Counted from the stretch's first letter, positions 12,301 through 24,479 are shown. The stretch: DNA of 64,000 nt from Podarcis muralis (GCF_964188315.1 NC_135670.1:1116001-1180000); one strand, 5' to 3'. The notes: generated by a model from the sequence alone, not told the origin. A program made the numbers and translations.

Positions 12301-15300
12301 ATGCTGTCAGAGAAGAGCAGGTGCGTTTGAGCTCTTTCTGTGAATGCTGAACACATTCCATTCTGCAAAAGCATTTCCTCCATGGTCTGTAGGAATCGGT
12401 CTCCACCTTCATTATCTATAGCATAGAGCCCAACCCATTTCCACTTGAAGTGCAGAAGTAATTGAATAATTCCTCGGTATTGCAGGGCTTCACTGGGTAC
12501 CATGCGGCAAAAGGAAGGGAACTTGCCTTGATTCTTCACTGCTGGTTCAAATGAGCCATATGAAATCTTTAAAAAATAAGAGTTGGAAGAGGAGATAATT
12601 ATTTCCCCAGATTTCAAATTAGTGCAATTCTATACAGGCAGTGGAATTCTATACAGCAGTGGAACAGACTTCCACAAGAGGTGGTACACTCTCCTTCCTT
12701 GGAGGGTTTTAAGCAAAGGTTGGGTGGCCATCTGTCATGGATGCTTCAGCAGAGATTCCTGTATTGCAGGGGGCTGGACTGGATGACCACCAGAGGTCCC
12801 TTCCAACTCTACGATTATATGATTCTATGCCCAATATCCTTCTGTTCGGACAGGTTCCTCCACCTTTTACTCACACTAAGAAAACTACACAACCCTCTTA
12901 ATGTAGACACTCCTGACAGTTTTGGTTAACATACACTCTAAATGAGATGTGTATTGAAACCCGTTCCTTTCATTCTGAGCTAACTTCTTGTAAGGAGAAT
13001 ATTCCTGTTGTTGTTGGGGCATCAGCTTATAGACACTATGAGCCATCCTCTTTGAAGTCATTCACAAGTGGTTTGACTACAATCTGCCTTCCAGTAGACT
13101 TCAAAGGAATGAGTGTATGCGGAGGAAAGGCAGAGAGAAGGGGGGGGGTTCTTCTGGCTTTGGGGTTCTAGGGTTCTTGAGATGCTGCTGCTGTAATTCT
13201 CCAAGGTGAACAGCTCCTCTCCTTCTATCACACCTCAAACAATTCTCCTCTCTACAAATGAAACACAAATCATTTTAAACCTACACACCTCTCATGCACA
13301 TCCTTGGATAGTAATGAATGCAAATTTCAGTTCATTCTTCTTCTTCCCATTACACCGTTCTAGCTTTACACTTCATCAAATTACTGCTGGAAAGAGTAGA
13401 AAAGTGAATTATGGGGGAGGTGAGGGGAAAGCCTCTGAGCTCCAGTACTCAGATCCTACCTGTGGAATCTTGAAAAGACCCAAGATATCTGCCATGCAGG
13501 AAGAGGTATCAGAACTAAGTCCTCCAATTACTCCTATTACATTTTCCTGGGTGCCACATTTGTAGTTAGGGACAAACTGGTGTGATTTAAAGAGCAGGTC
13601 CAAAGTGGTGCGGTAAGTCCTCCTTGAATCAGTATAGCTGTCGTAGATGTGGAACCCGAGGGTGACATTGGGCAAGATCCTAGGATTCTCATTGATCTCA
13701 TCAACAGCAAACACCAGGGCAAGGATGTGCTGGTAGAACTTGGTCACCATGCTGCAGATAAAGGGACTTGCTGTTTCACGGTGAAATCAAGGCTTGTGCT
13801 TCAAAAGATTGTCTCGTGGTCTTATAGCCACAACAACCTATATCTCACTTTCCCCCCCAAGGAGCTCAAAATCCCTTCTCCAGTTAATCCCTACAACAGC
13901 CCAGTGGGGATTCAGACCTTGGTCTCTCATGTCCCAGTCAGACACTCGCCACTACACCACACTGGCTCTGGGTTGCTTTAGACTTGTGCTTCCACCACAA
14001 TTTCTGTGCAATGAGCTAGCCTAGCTTGGATGCACTAAGTCCCTGCCAATGAGTGAAGTAAGAACTGAGGGCCTCACACACGTTCCTATCAAATGCTGTG
14101 CAGGATGAAACCAGCATCTCCCCTATTCAGGAAAGGCATTTGTGGAGGCTGCAGCAGCTTCTTTCCTGGGGGGGCTGAGACTTTCTGAGACTGTCTTCTC
14201 TCTTCTCCATGATATGTGATATTTTCATTCCCCTTCCTGTACTTTGGGCAGGTATAGAAGAATAAGAAGGCTAAAAAGCATTTAACAGGGTAGGATGGAC
14301 TGTCCTGAGATGTATTTAGTGGGTGAAGGAGACAGAAGGGATTGTGGCAGGAAAGGACAGTCCCCTTCTTCCTCCCTCCACTGACTTTTCCTTTCCTTTC
14401 CTTCTCTCCCACTCCCACACATACCAGTCACTCATTCTGAAACCTCCCAGCCACTGCCCAATCCTATGCATGTTTACTCATACGTAAGTCCCACTATTTT
14501 CAACATAGCTTATGCTCAGATAATGTATATAGAATTGCAGCTGTACTCTTGAGGGCTGGGAGTCATTCTCTTGCTATGTCTCTTCTATCAAATTTCATTT
14601 TGCTGCAGAGAATATTTAATAGATGGACTATTGGTTTGACTCAATTTAAGGCACTTTTCTATTATCCTCTTTCTTGAAACGTACATGAGATGTGGCCCTC
14701 AGACTCCAATTTGTCATCTCTCCAAAATTATGTGGACAAATATGTTTGAATGGGTGAAAATATTGGTGCAATGAAATGCTTCCTCACAGTCCCCTTCTAA
14801 AATGGGCAGACTGAGCACCTATGTACCAGAGCCAGAATAGAGAGCAAATAGAAGAGTTTGGATTTGATATCCCGCCTTTCACTCACCTTCAGGAGTCTCA
14901 AAGCGGCTAACATTCCCCTTTCCCTTCCTCCCCCACAACAAACACTCTGTGAGGTGAGTGGGGCTGAGAGACTTCAGAGAAGTGTGACTGGCCCAAGGTC
15001 ACCCAACAGCTGCATGTGGAGGAGCAGAGACGCAAACCCGGTTCCCCAGATTACAAGACTACCGCTCTTAACCACTACACCACACTGGCTCTCATAGATA
15101 ATATAAATAGATAATAGATAATATAAGGCTAATATTTCCAAATATCCAGTTACCAGTACAAGCACAGCCTAATTACGCATATGTTGGAGAATGTCCTTTT
15201 CTCAACCTTTAATATTTCTTTTAAAAACCAAGTCAAAAAAGCAATTATTCATGCAGATATACAGACCTTCTAAATTAAAAATGAAAACTTTTGCTTACAC

Positions 15301-15513
15301 TGGGGACTTAATCAGGGAGCGTTGAGAAGGGTATTGGTTGAAGGAAACTATGGAGAACACAGGATTTGACAGCTGAGACACTATCCCACTGATGAGGAAA
15401 TCACCCGACTGGTGCCACTCATGTGGAACATCTTCGGGATTATTTCTGGTGCACTTAACTGCATGCACATAGCACACCATGTTCGGAAGCAGCAGGATCA
15501 GAAGCAGCAGCAT
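6391..15513 (-). CDS. V2R gene A, complete 6-exon ORF, 884 aa
   Basis: Exons 15513-15299, 13751-13460, 12566-11676, 11337-11119, 10254-10128 (Cys-rich NCD3G-like exon, 127 bp), 7301-6391 (7TM; [15 protein letters not shown]). Summed length is 2655 bp and in frame. The ORF-track start at 15561 is GTG; the real ATG is 15513. Confidence 0.93.
8012..8341 (-). mobile_element. Solo LTR (330 bp) with tandem CCAAT boxes
   Basis: TG...CA termini, 5-bp TSD AATTT on both sides, TATATAAA and AATAAA on the minus strand, and a repeated ATTGTTCTAGGACCAATCAGACTGCTGCA. Confidence 0.85.
9160..9502. mobile_element. Tc1/mariner-type MITE
   Basis: TIRs (CAG)TGGTGCCTCGCAAGAC...GTCTTGCGAGGTACCACTG with TA flanks; same TIR family as 36128-36919. 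Confidence 0.85.
10758..10950. mobile_element. Tc1/mariner-type MITE
   Basis: TA-CAGTGATACCTTGGTTT...AAACCATGGTACCACTG-TA. Confidence 0.8.
12640..12828 (+). mobile_element. CR1 LINE 3' end
   Basis: ...GTCCCTTCCAACTCTACGATTATATGATTCTATG tail. Confidence 0.8.
13790..13969 (-). mobile_element. Old Squam3-like tRNA-derived SINE
   Basis: CACTACACCACACTGGCTCT head shared with the 14848-15093 copy; degenerate body. Confidence 0.55.
14848..15093 (-). mobile_element. Squam3-like tRNA-derived SINE
   Basis: Minus strand GAGAGCCAGTGTGGTGTAGTGGTTAAGAGCGG (A box) ... GGGTTTGCGTC (B-box-like) ... ATCAAATCCAAACTCTTC tail. Confidence 0.75.
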
Positions 15514-15880
15514 CCCAATGCATGTGCAAAATCCTCTCTCTGTGTGTATAAAACAAGCCACTGCCCTGATGGTTTAGATTGCTGAAGACTCTGGGGATAT
15601 AATTCTCAGATGGACTTATTACCTTTGCCTAACCATTAAGCTCAGCAGTTTTTCAGAAGTGTGCCTTGAATTCTAATTGAAAACACAATATTCAGACTTG
15701 TCCTATACATGGGGATGGGTGGAGGAATTATCCAAATGATAGAGACCTGCCTCTCTCCTCCCCCTAATCTTAGCTGGGTGTGGAACATTGGGTTTCCTTA
15801 TCATCATTTCAGTCTTTTTATCAATACCTTTTCATACTCGCTTCTAGAAGGCTACTAGCACTCTGGGCAGATTATAGACA

Positions 15881-15908
15881 TTTTGATAATTGCAGAGTAG
15901 ATAATGAT
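15881..15908 (-). promoter_or_regulatory. Conserved TAAT-cluster module upstream of V2R A
   Basis: Minus strand ATCATTATCTACTCTGCAATTATCAAAA; CTGCAATTATCAAA is identical to the module of D. Confidence 0.5.
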
Positions 15909-16250
15909 TTCGGCAGTGTTTTTGGATGCTGTTATGCATCAACAGGAGCAAAACTGCTCCCAGAAAAATATTTGTCAGATCATGGACTTTTACCTAAAAG
16001 ATAATCTAGTCCAACTCTGCCACACAGTCCTGCAAAGCTGGCTATCCATCTTCTGCTTAGAAACTTTTAATGAAGGGGGTTCTACTAGCATGCAAGACCA
16101 CCTGTCCCCTTATGAAACAGCTCACACTATTAGAAAGAATTGCTCTCTAAGGTCTCAGAACTTCACAATTCAGCAGATCTGCCTGATCCCTTCTAGCTGC
16201 ACCAGCATGACAGACAAGGGGGATTTAGGCTGAGCTACAGTGACTCCCGT

Positions 16251-16616
16251 GGGACGCGGGTGGTGCTGTGGGTAAAAGCCTCAGCGCCTAGGGCTTGCCG
16301 ATCGAAAGGTCGGCAGTTCGAATCCCCGCGGCGGGGTGCGCTCCCGCTGCTCGGTCCCAGCGCCTGCCAACCTAGCAGTTCGAAAGCACCCTCAAGTGCA
16401 AGTGGATAAATAGGGACCGCTTATTAGCGGGAAGGTAAACGGCGTTTCCGTGTGCGGCTCTGGCTCGCCAGAGCAGCGATGTCACGCTGGCCACGTGACC
16501 CGGAAGTGTCTCCGGACAGCGCTGGCCCCCGGCCTCTTGAGTGAGATGGGCGCACAACCCCAGAGTCTGTCAAGACTGGCCCGTACGGGCAGGGGTACCT
16601 TTACCTTTACCTTTAC
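16251..16616 (+). mobile_element. Sauria SINE
   Basis: GGGACGCGGGTGG...GTTCGAATCC B box, (ACCTTT)n tail, TSD ACA(G/A)TGACTCC. Confidence 0.92.
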
Positions 16617-16829
16617 AATGACTCCAAATATTGAATCTATGAGGAAGCAGAGCATGCTTGGGATAAAAATGCCAGTGCTACAATTCATCCCCCCGCCCTT
16701 AGGACAAAACATTAAACATCAATATAAAAATAATAATTCTTAGTGATGAATATCCTATGTGAGAAAAATAATAATAAAATAATTCATTTTTAATCACTTA
16801 TTTGCAAAAATTAATGCTTTCTCTGCTAA

Positions 16830-17378
16830 TCCAATCCCCTGCATTCTGTGCCCCCTGCAATATTGAATGGACAACCTGTGCTGTGCAGTACTTCTTTGTG
16901 GGTTTTGGGAACAGGGCTCTCTGTCCCTCTCTCCTCCTCACTCAGCTTGCTACATAGCAGCAAAGTTTTTCAGCTCGCTAAGCCGGGGATGAGCGGGGAG
17001 GAGGAAGAAAAGCAGAGCCTGCTTGCTTTAAAGGAGCAAAGTGGGAGAGGAGAGGAGCCTTTTCCCCTTATACCCCTCTTCTTCATTATTAGCAGCATCC
17101 TTCTCCACCCACCCCACGCGTGCTCCTTGTCCCTTGAGTGCTTTTCCTTCCCTCCCCACTTAAAACGTGGTTACAAAGCACGGATCCACATGGATCCTCA
17201 GGATTTTTGCATTGGGCTACTCCAAACTCACTGTCAGATCACATGTCTGTGGCCACAGCATGAACCACAAAAATTGTACATCCACTGTTTCGTTTAGAAT
17301 ATTTCTTTTCTTGTTTTCCTCCTATTAAAACTACGTGCGTGTTATGGTCAGGTGCGTGTTATAGAGCGAAAAATACGG
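16830..17378 (-). mobile_element. Tc2/pogo-like MITE, one TIR visible
   Basis: TA-CCGTATTTTTCGCTCTATAACACGCAC terminus at 17378 on the minus strand. The other end was not located, so the left boundary is approximate. Confidence 0.55.
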
Positions 17379-17589
17379 TATATAACATTAGTATAAAATC
17401 AAACAATAATTAAATTACCTCCTAAAAACAGGTCAAAATCACATTAAAGTCTAATTAGATGGTTTTCTGCAGGGTTAGGGTTGGGAACAGTAAATGTTCA
17501 TCAGGCCCAACTGTTTACGCTGTTCTCATATGGGCCTGTGAGAATGGTGAGAGGCCTCTTTCATATTAGTTCTTATACAAAAAGAAAAG

Positions 17590-17715
17590 GGGAGTCAGGC
17601 TGAGCCCTGACCAAAGGCCTGGCGGAACAACTCCATCTTGCAGGCCCTGTGGAAAGATGTCAAATCCCACAGGGCCCTGATCTCTTGTGACAGAGCGTTC
17701 CACCAGACCAGGGTT
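17590..17715 (-). mobile_element. L2 LINE 3' fragment
   Basis: CCAAAGGCCTGGCGGAACAACTCC...CAGAGCGTTCCACCAG resembles the reverse of an L2 3' region. Confidence 0.5.
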
Positions 17716-18349
17716 GAAGAAGTCAACCTCTTCTTAAGTAAGCTTGGAAGTTTCTACAGTGTATCACTGGGCAGGCAATGAATAGTCTCTGGCAGACCTT
17801 ACAAGGCGGGCAATCTCTGGCATGGGAAGAGGTGGAGAGTCTGCTGAGTTGCTGAGTTGATCCTTTGCTCTCTAGGCGTCTCATTACAAATGAACAGAAG
17901 TCAGGACTGCAGAAGATACAAACTTAGGGCTGGTTCTCAAGGATATTAAACTCCCGCCACACACAATATTTTTTCAAGGGGATTTCAAACATCATATTAT
18001 TAATAGGGAATCTTTTGAAACTTTTCTGCTACTTTTGAACTCTGGAAAATACCCACAAAATACCCTCATTCTCTCTATTCATATAGACCTCTGAGACCTG
18101 CACAGAGCAGGCAGCCCAACTTCACTTTCAAGTATAGTGCACCTAGCATGTTATTTGCATAATGGTCCCTGATAGTGCATAGTTGAGAATATAAACATCA
18201 TCTGCCCCTAACTACTATAGTTACATCCATCTAGTTTCTTGCTACAAATTGCATCACCTGGACCCATTAATTTCCATAACACAACTAGGTGATGACATAA
18301 ACTGGATGATTGCAGCCATCACATCTAAGTGCCTGTAAACCATACTAAT

Positions 18350-18464
18350 GTGATCATCACCCTTGTAATTATTAACATAAGAATAGAAGACACTTCTCCC
18401 CATATAAAGGAACTATGAGCTGCATTATTATTAACGAAAATAGGAGGATCCTACTAATATCCCT
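18350..18464 (+). promoter_or_regulatory. Conserved promoter module of V2R C
   Basis: GTGATCATCACCCTTGTAATTATTAACAT at about -300, and CTAATATCCCT at ~18454. Confidence 0.5.
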
Positions 18465-20275
18465 TGTACATTTCCAAGGTATGACGAGATAGCCAGCGCT
18501 TGGTCCGTCTCATAACAGAGACTTTATCCTGCACCATCTGAGCCACAAATCAGCCCCTAGTTTCCCCTTAAGTCATGCTGCACAGGTTGCAGTACAGGAC
18601 TCAGCAAAGGAGAATGTGGAGGTGGGAGAATTTATGTACAAGAAGAATTATTTCATGCAAGATGGTTGTATTTGTACTATGGCTACCAGTGCTTTTGCCT
18701 CAGGTGACAGGCAAGATTCCTAATATTGAATGCAGCATCAGTAATCCCCTTCCTATTCTTCACAAGTACTACCAGCCAGGAGACCTCATCATTGCTGGTA
18801 TTATGTCTCAGATCTACATATTCTTCAACTCAATAGACTTCGAAAAATGTCCTTCTAGTGACCTCTTTGATGACATTGTGTAAGATTTGTTTTCTAAAAT
18901 CCTCTGATACCACATATTTATTATATTTTCCCTGGAAGAGCCAGGCCCATAGATCAGTGTTAGATCCAGTGAATGGGAGAAGAATGGCAGCTCAACTTCC
19001 CCTGCCTTTGTCAAATAATAGCACCACACCTGTAGCTAAGACACATTAATCATCACCTTCCTGTTGTCTTTTTAGTTGTGGCAGCCATGGATCTAACATC
19101 CCCAGCCTATTTCCCTCAGCAGCTTAAGGAGCAATTCAAAGCCAGGATCTGCAAGGTGGATCAGCCTGGGCTCAGCCAGCTGAAACACCTCATCCCAGAT
19201 CAGACAGAGATACAGTGATGTAAGTCTCCCATTCCAGCTGATTTGGAGCTCACCTGGCTCATACAAGGCCAGGGTAAGCCCCCAAAAGGGGAGATGTTCC
19301 CAGGTGCATGGCAGTGCTGGGGCAGGTGGAGATCTACTCCATACTCCATTGGGTTTCCTTCAAATGACCTAGCATCCCAGTAGAAGCAACCTTAGCAAAA
19401 GGGATTGTGTAAGTCAAACTCTTTTTTAAAAAAGGCTTAGTCCCCCAGTTTAGGGCTGGAATCTGTGTGTGCTAATGTTCCCCCAGATTTCCCTAGACTG
19501 AGATAGATTGATCTGTAAAATATTATTAGCTCAACTGAAGTGTAGCAGATGTCCCACCCAGAAGGAAACACACTGTGGCACAGCATGTACATAACTATCA
19601 TTTCAGGATCATGACACAGCTCTACCAACACATCCTGGCATTAGTATTTGCTGTAAAGGAGATCAATGTAAACCCCCAAATCTTACCCAACCTCACCCTG
19701 GGCTTCCACATCTACAACAGTCAGTTCAGCCCAAGCTGGACCTATCGTGTCTCCTTGGAACTCCTCTCTACATATGGCAGATGCATCCCCAACTACAAGT
19801 GTGACCTCCAGAATAACCCCGTTGCAGTCATTGGAGGCTCTAACTCTGAAGTCTGTCTCCACATGGCAACTATACTGAGCATCTACAAGATTCCACAGGT
19901 AAAATTCTCCCAGAGCAGCTCTCATGATGTCAAACTACCCAGACCATTGGGTCTTCTTTTGAGGCGAAGGCATGGCACTTTGCAAGTTCTGGTGATCAGC
20001 TGTACCTTTACAACGGTCACTGTGTTTGTCCTTTTTCATTTGTTTTCCCTTTGCTCTTTCCCCTTATTGCTTAATATATGATAACTGCCATGGAAATAAA
20101 TGGTGAAGACCTGGACGGATATCTTAATAAAAATATTTGTGTCTAATTGTGCTGATCTATGCTTGAAGTAAACTGGCTGAGGGACTACAGTAAATATACC
20201 AGTGTGGTGTCCTTCAGATGTGATTGAAATTCAACTTTCATCAGCCCCAGACAGCGTGGTCAGGGCTCATAGATT

Positions 20276-20381
20276 TTGTTGTTGTTGTTGTTGTTTAGTC
20301 ATTTAGTCGTGTCCAACTCTTCGTGACCCCCTGGACCAGAGCACGCCAGGCACTCCTGTCTTCCACTGCCTCCCGCAGTTT
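20276..20381 (-). mobile_element. Bov-B (RTE) 3' end, 5'-truncated
   Basis: (TTG)n tail then TTTAGTCATTTAGTCGTGTCCAACTC; TSD GGTCAG(G)GCTCATAGATT. Confidence 0.85.
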
Positions 20382-20600
20382 GGTCAGGCTCATAGATTAT
20401 GGGAGTTCTAATGCAACAACAGAATATGGTGGAAGCCCTGACATGCCAGTGAATGTAAGACATGGCACAACCATGAAAGGCAAATGCACACAATTGTTTG
20501 AGTAGACTGGCACAACCCTCTTTCAGTATATACTTTCTGCCACTATAGTTTCACAAGTGAGGACAAAGTGAATTCCTTTGCTAGGATAGTTGGTTTAGAG

Positions 20601-20784
20601 CAGAGCTTTCCAAACTGTGTGTCACAACACGGTAGTGTGTCACACAAATGCTCCCCACACTCCTCCCAGGGCTGGAAAAGTGTTGGTTTAACCTCCGGTT
20701 TGCTAGTAAAATTGAATTACTGTGTCATGAAATGATGCATCTCTAAAAAGTGTGTCACCAACATGAAAAGTTCGGAAAGCTCTG
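20601..20784. mobile_element. hAT-type MITE
   Basis: TIR CAGAGCTTTCCAAACT / AGTTCGGAAAGCTCTG; perfect 8-bp TSD GTTTAGAG. Confidence 0.9.
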
Positions 20785-21980
20785 GTTTAGAGAATTGGCC
20801 AGCATATTTGTACCTTTGAATCCCAACACTTTCTCTTAAGCTTGAGAAAAACTGAAAAACTCCCAGGTCATCAGCACTCAACAACAACAGCAACAAATCT
20901 GAAATCTAGATTGGATTTCAACTGCTGCCAATACGAGTTAAAAAGTAAACCACCTCACCCTTTTTTAAAAGTATCTCATCACATTTCCTGCCCTTCATTT
21001 AGCTCATCTATGGCTCTGCTCCAGTAGGAAAAATGAAAACTGAAGCTGCTTTCTACCACCAAATGTTCCCAAATCTAGACCATCAATATGAAGGGATTCT
21101 CAAGTTATTGCTACATTTCAGGTGGACATGGACTGGTTTGTTGACTGTGAATGACGAGAATGGAGACAGGTTTATACAGAGCGTGGTTCCAAAATTTATC
21201 CTGAGAGGAATCTGCTTTGATTTCATGGAAAGATTTCCAACAATTACATATTCTAGCAGTGTTACAGACGTGGTTACAGATGGACTCAAGACATTTAATA
21301 TTGCCATGAGAAGTACTGTCAATGTGTTGCTCATTCATGGTGAAATTGATTCCATGACACTTTTGAGAGCAGTTCCTGAAATGTCAGAATATGAAGGTAT
21401 ACCAATGAAGGCTAATGGGAAAGTTTGGATCATGACAGTCCAGATGGATTTCACATCACTTCCTTTTCAAAGAGATCTGGACATTGCCTTCCTCCATGGT
21501 GCTCTGTCCTTCACAATTCACTCAAAGGAGGTCTTGGGATTCCAGGAATTTTTTCAGACGAGAAATCCCATCTTGGAAAAAGAAGATGGCTTTATGAAGG
21601 TATACTGGGAAAAGGCATTTGCGTGCTATTTCCCTGACTCTGGGGAAAATATGCAGGATGGCAAAATTTGCACTGGGGAGGAGAAGCTGGAGACTCTTCC
21701 GGGGTCTATTTTTCAAACGAGCATGACTGGCCACAGCTACAGCATCTACAATGCAGTCTATGCTGTGGCACATGCCTTGCATGCCGCACATTCATCTCAA
21801 TTCAAACACAGAGCAATCGTGGATGGAGGATGGCTGACGTTTTGGAATCAACAGGTGTGGAAGGTAAGATCAGGAGCGCAATAATGCAGGAATGCTCCCC
21901 ATACCCTTGGAAATAATAAAAAGGGGAAGAATCCAGAGGAGTTGAAAAGTTTCTGTTCTCACCAACAGTGGTTAGCATCT

Positions 21981-22973
21981 TTTTTTCTATATAACAATTT
22001 TTATTAATTTTTACATATATTATCATTACATCACACATTATATTTTCATTAACACACTTTTTGGTTGCAATGAGCCTATGACTTTCCTCCTTTTCGACTA
22101 GTGGTCTACCACCTTAAATTTTGTTTTTTGCTATATCCTCTATTCCCTAATCGTGTTATATCTTCACCTAACTTTTTAACTTACTCAACCTGAATAGGTA
22201 ATTGTCAGAGACGGCCCCCAGGTCCCAGCTCACAGAAGACCAACGCTAGCCAGCAGAGCTGTACAAAGTCTTTATTGAAGTTTAGTTCCCATTTTCAAAC
22301 CCTAGCGTGCGTCTCTACGTCTAGACCCTAGACCAGCGAAGCCTCGTCTGAGTCTCCGCCCCCTGTACACCAGTTTAAGACTCTAGCCTTACTCCACCTC
22401 CTACGTTTCTCCTTCCTCCTCTGGGTCCTACTACCCCCCTGGGTGCCTTCCTTCCTGGACGCCTCGGAAGCGGACCCTTCGGACTCCTCCCCCTCTCTTC
22501 GGCGTGCTTTGGGACCCGGCTCCCTCTCCGGGCTGCTCATTGCGCCTCCCTCTTGTACATTTGAACTTGGCGCGCGCGCGCTGCCCCCGACCTTCCTTTT
22601 GACCGTTTCCTCGCTCTCTGATGCAGGCGTGGCTAACCCTGACTCATGTCCTTCCGCTGACGGAAAGCTGCCTGCTGCCGATGTTTGGGACTCCTCCCCC
22701 TTACTGCTCTCCGGTGGGGAAGCTGGTCCCGATTTCCAGCTGCTGCTCTCTGGCCCCTCCTTCCTGGGGTGTTCCCTCTGGCAACCCCCTAGCTCTGACC
22801 ACGGGAGCCCCTTTCTGTGAATCCTCTGATTCGCTGGAGAGACTTAGAGACCTCGGATGGCTATCATCGCTGACCTCTCCCTCGGATTCCTCTCCCTCGG
22901 TCTCTAATTCCTCCCTATCCTGTCCCTCTGCTCCTGAACCCCTGACAGTAATAATTTTATTTTTATTATTATT
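21981..22973 (-). mobile_element. 5'-truncated L1-type 3' UTR insertion interrupted by a solo LTR
   Basis: Poly-T then TTTTTATT (AATAAA on the minus strand); 14-bp TSD AGTGGTTAGCATCT at 21967-21980 and 22974-22987. Confidence 0.75.
22203..22947 (-). mobile_element. Solo LTR (745 bp, probably Gypsy)
   Basis: TGTCA...TGACA termini, 5-bp TSD GTAAT, AATAAAGAC near the minus-strand 3' end. Confidence 0.85.
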
Positions 22974-23261
22974 AGTGGTTAGCATCTAAAGACCAAATTG
23001 CATGTCTTGCTGAAAACATGATTCACTGTTTTATGAATCTGTTTTACATCTGTCAGTAGAAGCTGCCAGGGAGCTCAGTGAGGACTCATCCTGAATGGGG
23101 ATAGGCCTTTCATCTCACTAATAGGAGATTGCAACAGGAGTTTTATTCAATGCCAAATGGCAGCTGCTGCAGAGTGGCCTGTTTCTTTCGTATAATTGTT
23201 TTTCATGAAAAGATGCATCATATAAAATCTTGCTGAAATTAAGCAAATTCCCCAAGCAGTA

Positions 23262-23635
23262 AAGGTAAAGGTAAAGGTAAAGGTACCCCTGCCCGTACGG
23301 GCCAGTCGTGTCCGACTCTAGGGTTGTGCTCCTATCTCACTTAAGAGGCCGGGGCCAGCGCTGTCTGAGGACACTTCCGGGTCACGTGGCCAGCGTGACG
23401 AAGCTGCATCTGGCGAACCGGCACCAGTGGAGCACATGGAAACGCCGTTTACCTTCCCGCTATAAAGCGGTACCTATTTATCTACTTGCACTTAGGGGTG
23501 CTTTCGAACTGCTAGGTGGGCAGGAGCTGGGACCGAAAGATGGGAGCTCACCCCGCCGCGGGGATTCGAACCGCTAACCATGCGATCGGCAAGCCCTAGG
23601 CACTGAGGTTTTACCCACAGCGCCACCCGCGTCCC
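23262..23635 (-). mobile_element. Sauria SINE
   Basis: (AAAGGT)n tail, tRNA-like head, 13-bp TSD TCCCCAAGCAGTA. Confidence 0.92.
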
Positions 23636-23711
23636 TCCCCAAGCAGTAGTAGTAATGTAATATACTAAGAAAGCATATACAGAAGGTCAGTTGTCTGCAT
23701 TCACTTACCTG

Positions 23712-24060
23712 AGGACATGAGAAGATCCTACAGGATCAGGCCAATGACCCATCTCCTCCAACATCCTCTTCTCACAATGTCCAGCCAGGTGCCCATAGGA
23801 CCTGATTGCAACAGGGCTCACCCCAATTTTGATTCCTAGGAAAGAGGCATCCTGCCTTCAACCATGGAAGCGGAACATGGAGATGATGGCCAGCAGCCAC
23901 TGGCAGCCTTATCCCCTGTGAATTCTTCAAACCTCTTTAAAAATCCCTTCAGTTGGTGGAGCTCAACCCTCCTTTATTCTACACAAAAATGTAGTAACAA
24001 GCCTTACTTGTTCATAAGATGTAAAGGCTGCTTGAAAGGCTGTAACCCTTCCTTCTTCTC
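23712..24060 (-). mobile_element. CR1-like 3' fragment
   Basis: ACATGAGAAGATCCTACAGGATCAGGCCAATGACCCATC pattern. Boundaries are approximate. Confidence 0.5.
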
Positions 24061-24257
24061 TGTCTTGTGCTGCTTGGTTGTTAAGCATTCTTCTTGATGG
24101 AATGAAGGTGATGACAAAGAAGATGGTGGAGATGTAGGGCTTTTAGTGCTTGACAACTACAATTGCATCTACTACTAGTCTTTATAAATCCTTTGTTGAA
24201 GGACCCATTCCTCATATCCCTCAAGTGGGAAAGCTCATCATCAACCTGCTATATCTA

Positions 24258-24458
24258 AAACAAAAAAAATTCCTTCCAGTAGCACCTTAAAGACCAACTA
24301 AGTTAGTTCTTGGTATGAGCTTTCGTGTGCATGCACACTTCTTCAGATGCACACGAAAGCTCATACCAAGAACTAACTTAGTTGGTCTTTAAGGTGCTAC
24401 TGGAAGGATTTTTGTTTTGTTTTGACTATGGCAGACCAACACGGCTACCTATCTGTAA
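24258..24458 (+). mobile_element. Penelope-like element remnant with inverted 5' segment and hammerhead core
   Basis: 12-bp TSD CTGCTATATCTA; 62-bp perfect inverted repeat; GAAAGCTCATACC...TTAGTTGGTCTTTAAGGTGCTACTGGA typical of squamate PLE ends. Confidence 0.8.
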
Positions 24459-24479
24459 CTGCTATATCTAGTTATATTT

